Of a DNA stretch of 64,000 bases, positions 56,187-64,000 are shown piece by piece. Each line of letters starts with the position of its first letter. Position 1 is the first letter of the stretch. A program made the position numbers and the translations under genes. The notes below the pieces were generated by a model. That model ran no database searches, was not told the origin of the DNA, and worked only from the letters and a program-made list of their open reading frames with translations. The stretch is from NCBI GenBank assembly GCA_041653615.1, contig JBAZEZ010000009.1:5330-69329 (forward strand), given 5' to 3'. Source of the stretch: Candidatus Ratteibacteria bacterium (GTDB taxonomy: Bacteria; Ratteibacteria; UBA8468; MWAK01).

Positions 56187-57800
56187 CTAATTTCCGCCGG
56201 CTTCCTTGTATTTCAAACAAGCGGAAATAAACGCAGTCAGGAGCGGATGAGGCGATGACAGGCGGGATTGAAATTCCGGGTGAAACTGGGTGGCGACAAA
56301 AAACGGGTGGTCTTTCAATTCCACTATTTCTACCAGCCGACGGTCCGGTGAAAGTCCGGCAGTCAGCAACCCCTTCTTCCTGATTTCCGGTAAAAATTCC
56401 GGGTTGACTTCAAACCGGTGCCGGTGTCTTTCGTTAATGCGATTCTTGCCATAGGCGCGGCGGCTGATGCTTTTAGCGGCCAAAACGCAGGGATAACCAC
56501 CCAACCGCATCGTCCCGCCCAGATTTTTTAAATCTTTCTGGGAAGGCAGGAGAGCGATAACCGGGTGCGCGGTCTGCGGATTAAATTCCGTACTGTGAGC
56601 GTTTTTCCAACCACAAACGTTCCGGGCAAATTCCACCACCGCAATCTGAAGTCCCAGACAAATTCCAAAACAGGGAATCCGGTTTTCCCGGGCATACCGG
56701 ATGGCAAAAATCATTCCCTCCACTCCGCGCACGCCAAAACCGCCGGGAACCAAAATACCGGAAACTCCCTTCAAGTGTTTTGCCAGGTCCTCCTCCTTCT
56801 CTAAAACCTCTGAATCCACTTTCCGAATTTTAACGCAAACCCGGTTGGGGAGACCGGCGTGATGCAAGGACTCATCCAAAGACTTGTAGGAATCCTGGAG
56901 CCGTACGTACTTTCCCACCATCGCAATTTCTACCTCGGCCTTAGGCTGCTGCATAATGTTAACCAGCTTCTCCCACTTTACTAGACGGGAAGGCCTTAAC
57001 CTCATCCGGAGCCGCCTTAAAATAACGGTGTCCAGCCGTTCCTGATGAAAAACAAGCGGGATGCTGTAAATACAGCTGGTATCCAACGCTTCCACCACCG
57101 CTTCCGAACGAACGTTGCAGTATAGGCTAATTTTTTCGCGGGCTTCCGCGGAAATCGGCCTTTCCGTCCGGCAGATTATTATATCCGGCTGGATGCCGAT
57201 TTCACGCAGGCGTTCCACCGAATGCTGGGTGGGCTTGGTCTTCAGTTCCGCGGCCGCGTGAATATAAGGCACGTAGGTAAGATGGATACAGCAGGTATCT
57301 TCCGGATTGACATCCTGGCGAAACTGCCGAATCGCTTCCAGAAAAGGCAGGCTTTCGATATCACCGACGGTTCCGCCAATTTCCGTTATCACAATTTCAA
57401 CCTTCCCCTGATGCGCCTTTTTTATCCGGCGCTTAATTTCATCGGTAATGTGCGGCACCACCTGGATGGTCCGCCCCAAAAAATCACCGCGGCGTTCCTT
57501 TTCGATGACATCATGGTAAACCTGACCGGCGGTCGTGTTGTTAATCTTGCCCAAGGTCAGGGTGGTAAAACGTTCGTAGTGCCCCAGGTCAAGGTCCGTC
57601 TCCGCGCCATCCCTGGTAACAAACACCTCTCCGTGCTGATAAGGGGTAAGCGTGCCCGGGTCAACGTTAAGGTAGGGGTCAAATTTCTGCAGCGTAATCC
57701 GGTAGCCGCGTGCCTCAAGCAATGTACCGATGGAAGCGGAAGCCACGCCCTTGCCTAAAGAAGAAAGCACCCCGCCGGTTACAAAAATATATTTGACCAT
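56187..57800 (-). CDS. pyrG: CTP synthase
   Basis: FVTGGVLSSLGKG, DPYLNVDPG, ETDLDLGHYERF, KTKPTQHSV, GICLGLQ, HRHRFE, QFHPEF. Confidence 0.98.
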   Translation of the reverse strand: MVKYIFVTGGVLSSLGKGVASASIGTLLEARGYRITLQKFDPYLNVDPGTLTPYQHGEVFVTRDGAETDLDLGHYERFTTLTLGKINNTTAGQVYHDVIEKERRGDFLGRTIQVVPHITDEIKRRIKKAHQGKVEIVITEIGGTVGDIESLPFLEAIRQFRQDVNPEDTCCIHLTYVPYIHAAAELKTKPTQHSVERLREIGIQPDIIICRTERPISAEAREKISLYCNVRSEAVVEALDTSCIYSIPLVFHQERLDTVILRRLRMRLRPSRLVKWEKLVNIMQQPKAEVEIAMVGKYVRLQDSYKSLDESLHHAGLPNRVCVKIRKVDSEVLEKEEDLAKHLKGVSGILVPGGFGVRGVEGMIFAIRYARENRIPCFGICLGLQIAVVEFARNVCGWKNAHSTEFNPQTAHPVIALLPSQKDLKNLGGTMRLGGYPCVLAAKSISRRAYGKNRINERHRHRFEVNPEFLPEIRKKGLLTAGLSPDRRLVEIVELKDHPFFVATQFHPEFQSRLSSPHPLLTAFISACLKYKEAGGN

Positions 57801-57810
57801 TTTTCTCCGC

Positions 57811-58362
57811 CTAATTTAAGAAAAGTATTTTAAAGCCGATGCCGATTATAACGGCCCCTCCGGCAATTTCAATTTTTCCGGCAAACAAACGACCGAATTT
57901 ATGCCCGGTGAAAACCCCGAAAAATGAAAGCAGAAAGGTTACCGTCCCGATAATAATGGCCGGCAGAGCAATCGCCACTTTTAAAAATGAAAGGCTTAAG
58001 CCCACCGCCAGGGCATCAATACTGGTGGCGAGCGCCAATCCCAACAAAACCACCGTATTTACACCCGATTCTTTTTTCTCGGGTTTATCTATTTTGAAAG
58101 ATTCGTAAATCATTTTACACCCAATCAGGAACAAAAGTCCAAAAGCAATCCAGTGGTCAATCCCGGAGATAAAATTTTTCAAAGTCAACCCGGATAACCA
58201 GCCAACCACCGGCATCACCAACTGAAAAGCCCCGAAGAAAAAAGCCATTTTAAGAGCATCTCCGGAATTAAAATATTTCATGACGGCGCCGGCGGAGATG
58301 GAAATCGCAAACGCATCCAGCGAAAGCCCGACCGCAATAAAAAAGATTGTCAGTAAATCCAT
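57811..58362 (-). CDS. mntP: Manganese efflux pump MntP family
   Basis: AVGLSLDAFAIS, IDHWIAF, ATSIDALAVG. Confidence 0.9.
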   Translation of the reverse strand: MDLLTIFFIAVGLSLDAFAISISAGAVMKYFNSGDALKMAFFFGAFQLVMPVVGWLSGLTLKNFISGIDHWIAFGLLFLIGCKMIYESFKIDKPEKKESGVNTVVLLGLALATSIDALAVGLSLSFLKVAIALPAIIIGTVTFLLSFFGVFTGHKFGRLFAGKIEIAGGAVIIGIGFKILFLN

Positions 58363-58373
58363 CAAAATAATTT

Positions 58374-58484
58374 GGACGCAGATAAACGCAGAAACGACAG
58401 GATAAAGATTAAAATAATTTTAAATTACTTTTAAGAATTTTTTCGTTATGTTTTATCTGCGGTTATCTGCGAAAATCAGCGTCC
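58374..58484. repeat. GGACGCAG inverted-arm element, copy 5
   Basis: ggacgcagataaacgcag...atctgcgaaaatcagcgtcc. Confidence 0.85.
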
Positions 58485-59209
58485 TAAAAACTTGCGTTCA
58501 GCCGCGCCAAGTCCTCCGGCGTATCCACGCACTGGCTGTCAAAAGGGGTGATGACCACCCGGATTTTGGCGCCGTTTTCCTGCGCGCGCAATTGTTCCAG
58601 TTGCTCAATCTCTTCCAGAACACCGGTTGGCCAGGAAGCGAATTTCAGCAAAAAATCCCGCCGGAATCCGTAAATACCCAGGTGCTTGTAAGCGGCGGTC
58701 TTCGGCAATCTCCCCTGATTATCGCGCTCATAGGGAATTGAGGCCCGGGTGAAATAAAGCGCGTCGCCGAACCGGTCCACCACTACCTTGACCGCGTTGG
58801 TATCAACCCATTCCGTTTCACTTAACACCGGCGTCGCCGCAGTCGTCATCAAAACACCCGGCGTTTGAAAAGGTTCTGCCACTTCGATGATAACTTCCGG
58901 CGCGATAAACGGCTCGTCCGCCTGGATATTGATAAATATATCGGCTTCAATTTCGCGGGCCAGATAAGCCGCCCGATCGGAACCGGAGGAAAACTTTCCA
59001 ACCACCATGCGCGCCGAACCGCCGAAAGCCCGCACCGCCTTTAATACCCTCTCGTCGTCGGTGGCCACGATAATTTCGTCCAAAACTTTTGCCTTTTGCG
59101 CCTGGCGGTAAACGTGCTCAATCAAAGGCTTGCCTTTCAAAACCGCCAGCACTTTCCCGGGAAAACGGCTGGACTGGTAACGCGCCGGAATAACTCCGAT
59201 TATTTTCAT
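58484..59209 (-). CDS. kdsB: 3-deoxy-manno-octulosonate cytidylyltransferase
   Basis: IPARYQSSRFPGKVL, SGSDR, NIQADEP, NAVKVV, ALYFTRASIP, KHLGIYGFR, LEQLRAQENG. Confidence 0.94.
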   Translation of the reverse strand: MKIIGVIPARYQSSRFPGKVLAVLKGKPLIEHVYRQAQKAKVLDEIIVATDDERVLKAVRAFGGSARMVVGKFSSGSDRAAYLAREIEADIFINIQADEPFIAPEVIIEVAEPFQTPGVLMTTAATPVLSETEWVDTNAVKVVVDRFGDALYFTRASIPYERDNQGRLPKTAAYKHLGIYGFRRDFLLKFASWPTGVLEEIEQLEQLRAQENGAKIRVVITPFDSQCVDTPEDLARLNASF

Positions 59210-59736
59210 ATTTTTATTATTTCAATTATCTCCCGCGCTACAACCCGCGGAGTTTTACCGTCTGTATCCACGCAGATGTCCGCCTTCCGGTAAAGAGGCA
59301 GGCGCTGCGATAAAAGGTTTTTAATTGTTTTTTCTTTCGGGAGGGGACAGAGCCCCTCCCCTACATTTTTAGGGGCATTCAAAAGCGGACGACCGTTATC
59401 CCCGGCAACCCGTTTTTTAATTTCGCCCGGAGAAACCATCAGAAAAATAACAATACCGTTCTTTTTAAGGTTCTTCCGGTTCGCGGAATCAACGATTGAC
59501 CCGCCTCCGGCGGCGATTACCACGCCTTCTTTCCGGGAAACATCCGCAACCACTTTCTTTTCCAAAGAACGAAAAAACGGTTCGCCCTGACGCCGGAAGA
59601 TTTCCTTAATCGATTGACCGGACTTCCCTTCGATAATAGAGTCGGTATCAATGAATTCGAGATTTAGTTTCCGGGCCAGAATCTTTCCGGTTGAACTCTT
59701 GCCGGCCCCCATGAATCCGGTCAGGACAATTTTCAT
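59206..59736 (-). CDS. aroK: Shikimate kinase with an in-frame REP insertion
   Basis: LTGFMGAGKS, GEPFFRSLE, AAGGG, RPLL, RLPLY. Confidence 0.93.
   Translation of the reverse strand: MKIVLTGFMGAGKSSTGKILARKLNLEFIDTDSIIEGKSGQSIKEIFRRQGEPFFRSLEKKVVADVSRKEGVVIAAGGGSIVDSANRKNLKKNGIVIFLMVSPGEIKKRVAGDNGRPLLNAPKNVGEGLCPLPKEKTIKNLLSQRLPLYRKADICVDTDGKTPRVVAREIIEIIKI
59339..59364 (-). repeat. GTAG REP in frame within aroK
   Basis: gtaggggaggggctctgtcccctccc encodes VGEGLCPLP. Confidence 0.87.
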
Positions 59737-59765
59737 AAATTCAAAATATAGGAATTTCCTTCTTG

Positions 59766-59848
59766 GGACGCAGATACACGCGGAAACAACAGGATAATAA
59801 TTTCAGAGTATTTCTTTAATCTGTGGTTATCTGCGAAAATCAGCGTCC
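59766..59848. repeat. GGACGCAG inverted-arm element, copy 6 (overlaps the aroC 3' end)
   Basis: ggacgcagatacacgcgg...atctgcgaaaatcagcgtcc. Confidence 0.85.
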
Positions 59849-60990
59849 AAATGCTTCAGGTCTTTATTTTTTTTAATCTCCTCAATACTGTCGCCGCCAA
59901 ACTTTTCCAGGAAAGCGTCGGCCAGCACAAAAGCGGTCATTGCTTCCCCTACAATTCCGGCGGCCGGTACCGCGCAAACATCGGAACGTTCTTTAATGGC
60001 CGTAGCCGGTTTCCGGCTTATTATATCCACGGTTGTCAGCGGCTGACCCAGAGTGGAAATCGGTTTCATCGCCGCCCGGATAACCAGCGGCTGGCCGTTA
60101 GTGACACCGGCCTCCAGACCGCCGGCGCGGTTTGTTTTCCGATAAAAACCTTTTTTTGATTCGTGAAAAATTTCATCATGCGCCTTAGAACCAAAAAGAG
60201 ACGCCAGCCGAAAGCCTTCGCCGACTTCAACACCTTTTACGCCCGGTATGCTCATCAGCGCCTGCGCCAGAAGCCCGTCCAACCGGATATCCCACTGCGT
60301 ATAGGTACCCAATCCAACCGGCAGTCCGGTGGCTTTCACTTCAAAAATCCCGCCCAGCGTATCTCCATTCTCTCTCGCCTGGTTGATTAAATCAACCATC
60401 TTCGCTTCCGCGACAGAAGAAAGACAGCGCAAACGGGAATTTTCAATAACGTCGCAGCCTTCCGGCGGATGAAACTCGGAATGGTCGCAGACCGTACCGA
60501 TTTGAACTACCCGGCTGTAAATACTTATTCCGAAAACAAAAAGCAGCTTTTTTACGATCGCGGCCGCGGCTACCCGGGCAGCGGTCTCCCGGGCGCTGGC
60601 ACGTTCTATCACGTTGCGGATATCCTGAAAACCAAATTTAAGCGCCCCGGAAAGGTCGGCGTGTCCGGGCCGGGGAGTGGTAACCGGCTTGGTTTCCAAA
60701 CCACCCGGTTCCACCGCCATCACCTCCTTCCAATTCTCCCAGTCCCGATTGCGGACCAGAAGACCGACCGGCGTACCGAGAGTAAAACCCCTCCTTAAAC
60801 CGGAAAGAATTTCCACCTCATCCTTCTCAATCGCCATCCGGCCGCCCCGGCCAAAACCCTGTTGCCGCCGGAACAGGTCCAGGTCAATCTCCTCCTTCGT
60901 AAGGGGAAGCCCGGCCGGAATCCCTTCCAGAATAACCGTTAGCGCCGGACCGTGACTTTCTCCAGCAGTCAAAAATCTGATTTTTTTCAT
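59827..60990 (-). CDS. aroC: Chorismate synthase
   Basis: TAGESHG, RRQQGFGRGGRM, PRPGHAD, ERASARET, AGGLEAG, MKPISTL, RSDVCAVPAA. Confidence 0.97.
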   Translation of the reverse strand: MKKIRFLTAGESHGPALTVILEGIPAGLPLTKEEIDLDLFRRQQGFGRGGRMAIEKDEVEILSGLRRGFTLGTPVGLLVRNRDWENWKEVMAVEPGGLETKPVTTPRPGHADLSGALKFGFQDIRNVIERASARETAARVAAAAIVKKLLFVFGISIYSRVVQIGTVCDHSEFHPPEGCDVIENSRLRCLSSVAEAKMVDLINQARENGDTLGGIFEVKATGLPVGLGTYTQWDIRLDGLLAQALMSIPGVKGVEVGEGFRLASLFGSKAHDEIFHESKKGFYRKTNRAGGLEAGVTNGQPLVIRAAMKPISTLGQPLTTVDIISRKPATAIKERSDVCAVPAAGIVGEAMTAFVLADAFLEKFGGDSIEEIKKNKDLKHLDADFRR

Positions 60991-61009
60991 TTTTTACCTC
61001 TCGGAAATG

Positions 61010-61080
61010 GCGACCCTGAAAGGGGCGCACTACATTTAACTACAAACATCTATGTTTTGTAGTTACCCAGCTTGCTGGGC
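61010..61080. repeat. Two GTAG REPs (61010-61033 minus, 61059-61080 plus)
   Basis: gcgaccctgaaaggggcgcactac; gtagttacccagcttgctgggc. Confidence 0.78.
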
Positions 61081-61109
61081 TCTTTAACAGAGCCAACCAA
61101 GGTTGGCAA

Positions 61110-62552
61110 CTACTTTTTTACGATGGAAAATTGAACGCTGCCGGTAACCACCCCCTGAAACGACCCGGTGTCCCAGGAAAAGATTGCGCTGTAAAGAGCG
61201 CCCGCATCGGGAATAACGATTTTGCTTGGTATCCGCCAGGTAAACTGATAGCGGTCCGGTAATTCCAATACCGCGTCTCCCTCGGTAACAACATTACCGT
61301 CCGGGTCCTTAATTATCAGGTGCGGTTTACTTTCCGCGAATACAATTTTATTGAGTTCATTGCTTGGCGGCTGGGTTTGCCGTGACGCGTCCCCCAACGC
61401 GAAATAGGTATACGTCTCCTTTGCCTGACCTACCAGTTGCATTGAAACCACAACGTTCTCCGCCGGGCGATACTCCTTTTTGTCCGTTTCCAAGTTTTGC
61501 TCGAACGGAAACCCTATGCTGAATTGTGACGGAAAAGAGGTCAGAACCGCGGCCGGCGTCAAAGAATTGCCGACAAACCTTGCTTTAGACGGCCGGTTAT
61601 AAGAATCATAGATGGTCAGTTCGCCGTTTTTAATAAATACCCTGGAACTACCGCCCCTGCGAAACGCGGCCGGACCGACGGCGCAGACAACCTGAAAACT
61701 ACCGTTATTGAAAACAGATTCCCTTTCCCCAGATTGAGTCCTGTCCTTATTGTCAAGTTTGGTCACATACGTTATCTCCACAATGCCGGACGGCTGCTTC
61801 CCGGACGGATGCTGCCGGATGTCCATGTATTCTCCGGAATCCATAACCTCAATCGCGTAGACACCTCCGGCCAAGTTCACCATCTTCGCCAACGGAACTT
61901 TTTCCGAACTACCCGGGCTGACATCAAACTCTCCGTCCCGGTTCAAATCAACCAACATGATGTCTTTACCGAAATCGTTAAAGGTTCCGTTCGGAGGATT
62001 TGCGTCGTAAATTGCCACCCCTAAATTTTTCTCCGGAGGCAAAAAAACAACTGTGCCGGCACGGTAGCCAAGATTAGCAAAACTAAAAGCCCTCTTCTCA
62101 AGATCGCAGGTAAAGGCCAGGCGATATTCCTGCAAAGTGTCATCCGGATAATTCAACTGCATTAAAATCGGCGGAAAAGAAAACAGCGTTTTGCGGAAAA
62201 GACCTTTTACCGCGGTTCGGCTGACCACCGGCTGATTGTTGCTCAAATCTCCGTCATGGTCAGAATCAAAATAGAGAGTATTGCCGTCAAGACTGAATAT
62301 AAATCTGCTGCCGGCGCCTTCCCCCAAAACAACGGCGCCGTAGAGCGGCGCGGAATCATACGAAGGCTCGCTTTTCAGCGACTCCGCCGGAAAATCGGTG
62401 AGTTCTCCGGAAACTCTGTTATCCGCCAAAGGCAGCAGGTTTTCCGGCAGGAACGCAAAATTAAGCATAACCGACTGCGCGGAGAAAGAGGCGCCGCCTA
62501 AAAAAACAACCGCCGGAATCAAAAACAACAACGGTACAATTCTCCGCTTCAT
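61110..62552 (-). CDS. Exported hypothetical protein with DxDxDG-type putative Ca-binding loops
   Basis: Signal peptide; DSDHDGDLSN, DANPPNG, DLNRDGEFD; beta-rich C-terminal domain. Confidence 0.7.
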   Translation of the reverse strand: MKRRIVPLLFLIPAVVFLGGASFSAQSVMLNFAFLPENLLPLADNRVSGELTDFPAESLKSEPSYDSAPLYGAVVLGEGAGSRFIFSLDGNTLYFDSDHDGDLSNNQPVVSRTAVKGLFRKTLFSFPPILMQLNYPDDTLQEYRLAFTCDLEKRAFSFANLGYRAGTVVFLPPEKNLGVAIYDANPPNGTFNDFGKDIMLVDLNRDGEFDVSPGSSEKVPLAKMVNLAGGVYAIEVMDSGEYMDIRQHPSGKQPSGIVEITYVTKLDNKDRTQSGERESVFNNGSFQVVCAVGPAAFRRGGSSRVFIKNGELTIYDSYNRPSKARFVGNSLTPAAVLTSFPSQFSIGFPFEQNLETDKKEYRPAENVVVSMQLVGQAKETYTYFALGDASRQTQPPSNELNKIVFAESKPHLIIKDPDGNVVTEGDAVLELPDRYQFTWRIPSKIVIPDAGALYSAIFSWDTGSFQGVVTGSVQFSIVKK

Positions 62553-62574
62553 AAACTCAATCCCCTTATATTCA

Positions 62575-62687
62575 GGCCGCAGATTACCGCAGATACAGAT
62601 AAAAATTGTTTTATAGAATTACTAATTTTTTCCCTAAGGAATTGCTGTTCTTGTATTATCCTGCTGTTTCTGCGTATATCCGCGTCC
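62575..62687. repeat. GGACGCAG inverted-arm element, copy 7
   Basis: ggccgcagattaccgcagata...tctgcgtatatccgcgtcc. Confidence 0.8.
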
Positions 62688-62697
62688 AATTTCTTTT

Positions 62698-63909
62698 TTA
62701 GATAACCATACGCTCCGGTACAACGACGATTCCGGTGTCGGTAACCGTAAAACGCTTGCGGTCTTCTTCCGGGTTATAACCGATCCGGAAACCCTCCGGA
62801 ACTTTCACGTGTTTATCAATGATGGCCCTTCGAATTTTCGCGTGACGGCCAATATCTACCCCCTCCATGATAACCGAATCCTCTATTTCGCTATAACTGT
62901 GAATAAAAACACCGGCCGAAATAATGGAGTGGACAACCTTCGCGCCGCTCACAATAGAACCGTCTCCGATGAGAGAGTCCAGAACCTGACCGCAGCGGTC
63001 CGAATCTCGAAAGACGGTCTTGGCCGGAGGCAGAGGAGGCTGATAGGTCCGAATCGGCCAGGTTGATTCGTAAAGATCAAGCTGCGGCGTCACCGAAACA
63101 AGATCCATACTGGCTTCGTAATACGCCTCTAATGTTCCGACGTCTCGCCAGTACTTTCCTTTTCCTTCACACCAATCCTGGAAAGGAAAGACCCAGACCG
63201 GTTGACCTTCCTGGATTAAGCGCGGCAGAATATCGCGGCCAAAATCGTGGGAACTGTTCTTTAGCTTCGTGTCGGCAATCACCTCCCGCACCAGGGCGTC
63301 GGTCTGAAAAAGATAGATTCCCATTGAAATCAAAGCCCGACCCGGAACACCGGGTATTGCTCTGGGCGCTTTCGGTTTTTCCTCAAACGAAACAATCCGG
63401 TTGTCCCGGTCAATTTCCAGGACGCCAAAACGATGGGCTTCTGAAATGGGAATATCCATAACCGCCACGGTTATTTCCGCGTTCCGTGACCGGTGGAACT
63501 CAATCATCGGCCGGTAGTCCATTTTATAGATGTGGTCACCGGCTAAAATCAAAACCAATTCACTTTTCTCCCTCTCCAGGGTATAGATGTTCTGAAAAAT
63601 CGCATCCGCGGTCCCCCGGTACCAATCATCGCTGACACGCTGCTGGGCAGGCAGAATGGTAACATACTCTCCCAATTCCGGATTCAAAATATTCCAACCC
63701 AACCGGATGTGCCGGTCCAAAGAAATAGATTTGTACTGGGTAAGCATGAATATCTGACGCAGGCCCGAATTAATGCAGTTACTCAAAGGAAAGTCGACAA
63801 TACGGTAATTGCCCCCGAACGGCACCGCCGGTTTCGCCCGGTCCTTGGTAAGCGGATAAAGCCGTTCCCCTTTTCCTCCGGCCAACAGAAAAACAAGCGT
63901 CTTAACCAT
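62698..63909 (-). CDS. glgC: Glucose-1-phosphate adenylyltransferase
   Basis: LAGGKGERLYPLTKDRAKPAVPFGG, WYRGTADA, LAGDHIYKMDY, FEEKP, SMGIY, YWRDVGT. Confidence 0.97.
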   Translation of the reverse strand: MVKTLVFLLAGGKGERLYPLTKDRAKPAVPFGGNYRIVDFPLSNCINSGLRQIFMLTQYKSISLDRHIRLGWNILNPELGEYVTILPAQQRVSDDWYRGTADAIFQNIYTLEREKSELVLILAGDHIYKMDYRPMIEFHRSRNAEITVAVMDIPISEAHRFGVLEIDRDNRIVSFEEKPKAPRAIPGVPGRALISMGIYLFQTDALVREVIADTKLKNSSHDFGRDILPRLIQEGQPVWVFPFQDWCEGKGKYWRDVGTLEAYYEASMDLVSVTPQLDLYESTWPIRTYQPPLPPAKTVFRDSDRCGQVLDSLIGDGSIVSGAKVVHSIISAGVFIHSYSEIEDSVIMEGVDIGRHAKIRRAIIDKHVKVPEGFRIGYNPEEDRKRFTVTDTGIVVVPERMVI

Positions 63910-63920
63910 GTAGGAGTTAT

Positions 63921-64000
63921 TTAAATGTAAACCTCAACCTTGGCCTTTTTTCTTAACTGCTGATACCAGTTTTCAAAAAAATCACTTGCTTTTTGACTGA
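63921..64000 (-). CDS. C-terminal fragment of a gene entering from the right edge (SurA/PrsA-like ending)
   Basis: Minus frame reads ...SQKASDFFENWYQQLRKKAKVEVYI*; W..LRKKAKVEV is typical of parvulin/SurA C-termini. Confidence 0.45.
   Translation of the reverse strand, partial: SQKASDFFENWYQQLRKKAKVEVYI

Noticed and set aside
58363-58484. yybP-ykoY manganese riboswitch upstream of mntP (also checked 20418-20490 upstream of the ATPase)
   Set aside because: The mntP gap is filled by a decamer cassette and the ATPase leader is short and AT-rich; I see no riboswitch core.

Overview
A 64-kb chromosomal segment from a diderm bacterium with peptidoglycan genes and Kdo activation (kdsB). The PVC-style prepilins with an H-X9-DG motif, AcsE-type methyltransferase, GTP-PEPCK and glycogen genes fit an uncultured anaerobe of the Omnitrophota/PVC neighbourhood (inference only). 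The backbone is housekeeping: dnaE, tRNA-Pro(GGG), secDF, rsmD, coaD-rpmF-plsX-def-rplY-pth, a partial dcw cluster, rnpB, rnhA, glgB/glgC/galT, gatA-trmD-rpsP-murA-prmC-prfA-rpmE, pckG, pyrG, kdsB and aroKC. Two accessory blocks stand out. The first (about 9.7-17.6 kb) is bracketed by inverted REPs and holds an AbiEii-type TA pair, an XRE regulator, lipoproteins, a TM2 protein, a HEAT protein and a 1015-aa surface protein with a permuted papain-like catalytic domain. The second (about 40.7-46.0 kb) holds a radical SAM/SPASM enzyme with an exported partner, an XRE operon and an MFS gene bracketed by a structured repeat. The most distinctive signal is a very dense set of small non-coding elements. 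These include GTAG-type REPs, ATTCCC/GGGAAT hairpins, a CCGCC/GGCGG hairpin family, and inverted-arm cassettes built from 7-, 9- or 10-nt periodic units. There is also a 184-bp insert at the tRNA-Pro 3' end and two structured motifs whose copies show compensatory changes. These elements are inserted in frame in aroK, murF and a P-type ATPase, sit inside helices P3 and P12 of RNase P RNA, supply the stop codons of several genes, and in two cases carry the ribosome-binding site. No transposase, integrase, reverse transcriptase or CRISPR array is visible in the window. All family assignments come from motif recognition; no database searches were run.
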